Assembly (NCBI GenBank): GCA_963720465.1
Contig: OY970393.1
Coordinates: 1,024,001-1,088,000, forward strand
Length of the DNA: 64,000 nt
Direction: 5' to 3'
From: Methanobacteriota archaeon
Lineage (GTDB): Archaea > Halobacteriota > Bog-38 > Methanoflorentales > Methanoflorentaceae
The notes beneath the pieces are model-generated. The model saw only the letters and a program-made list of their open reading frames with translations. It did no database searches and had not been told where the DNA came from. Positions 63,839-64,000 of this stretch are shown here, piece by piece. The stretch's first letter is position 1. The number at the start of each line of letters is the position of its first letter. Position numbers and translations under genes: made by a program.

Positions 63839-64000
63839 TCACATCTTGATTCTTTTTCGTTCAGTGTACAACGTCATCTGGATGTCCTTTCTAAACTCAT
63901 TGTCATACAGCAGCTCAAAATTGCCGTTCGGATCCTTGGAGCGCAGGTTATACACTTTCACTGTTTCCGTATCTATCGGGCCTTCAAGCATTTTTCCTTC
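63839..64000 (-). CDS. 3' end of an unidentified gene running off the window edge
   Basis: Open frame EGKMLEGPIDTETVKVYNLRSKDPNGNFELLYDNEFRKDIQMTLYTERKRIKM*. Confidence 0.5.
   Translation of the reverse strand, partial: EGKMLEGPIDTETVKVYNLRSKDPNGNFELLYDNEFRKDIQMTLYTERKRIKM

Overview
Archaeal window of about 52% GC by eye. Gene content (A-type ATP synthase, dimeric-type EndA, PAN, MBF1, FprA, DUF354, DUF1724 regulators) points to a Halobacteriota/Methanomicrobia-like anaerobe; the lineage is inferred, not proven. 1-12 kb: two A/V-type ATP synthase operons face each other tail-to-tail, and the + strand copy has a frameshifted D subunit. 12-22.7 kb: a complete bacterial-type Wood-Ljungdahl carbonyl-branch cluster (acsE, acsV, cooC, acsC, acsD, cooF) in which CODH (CooS) and acetyl-CoA synthase (AcsB) are fused into one ~1377-aa polypeptide. 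23-52 kb: mostly housekeeping genes (Moco/SAMP genes, tRNA-Pro, tRNA-Arg, pheST, trpS, endA, helicases, XPB-Bax1, PAN, his/arg/gua/pyr/pur genes, trm112, fprA), plus remnants of moeA2 and photolyase. 52-57 kb: the best candidate for a novel system. Four paralogous genes of a family I do not recognise each encode eight copies of a ~21-aa 'xxxKITGIIYQExxxxExKLL' repeat. They form two convergent pairs, each with one soluble and one membrane-anchored member, around a DUF354 glycosyltransferase-like gene and decayed glycosylation genes. 57-64 kb: a virus-like two-gene module, two DUF1724 regulators flanking a UbiA prenyltransferase, DUF1614 and ThiF/UbaA. All family assignments come from motif recognition by eye; no database search was run.
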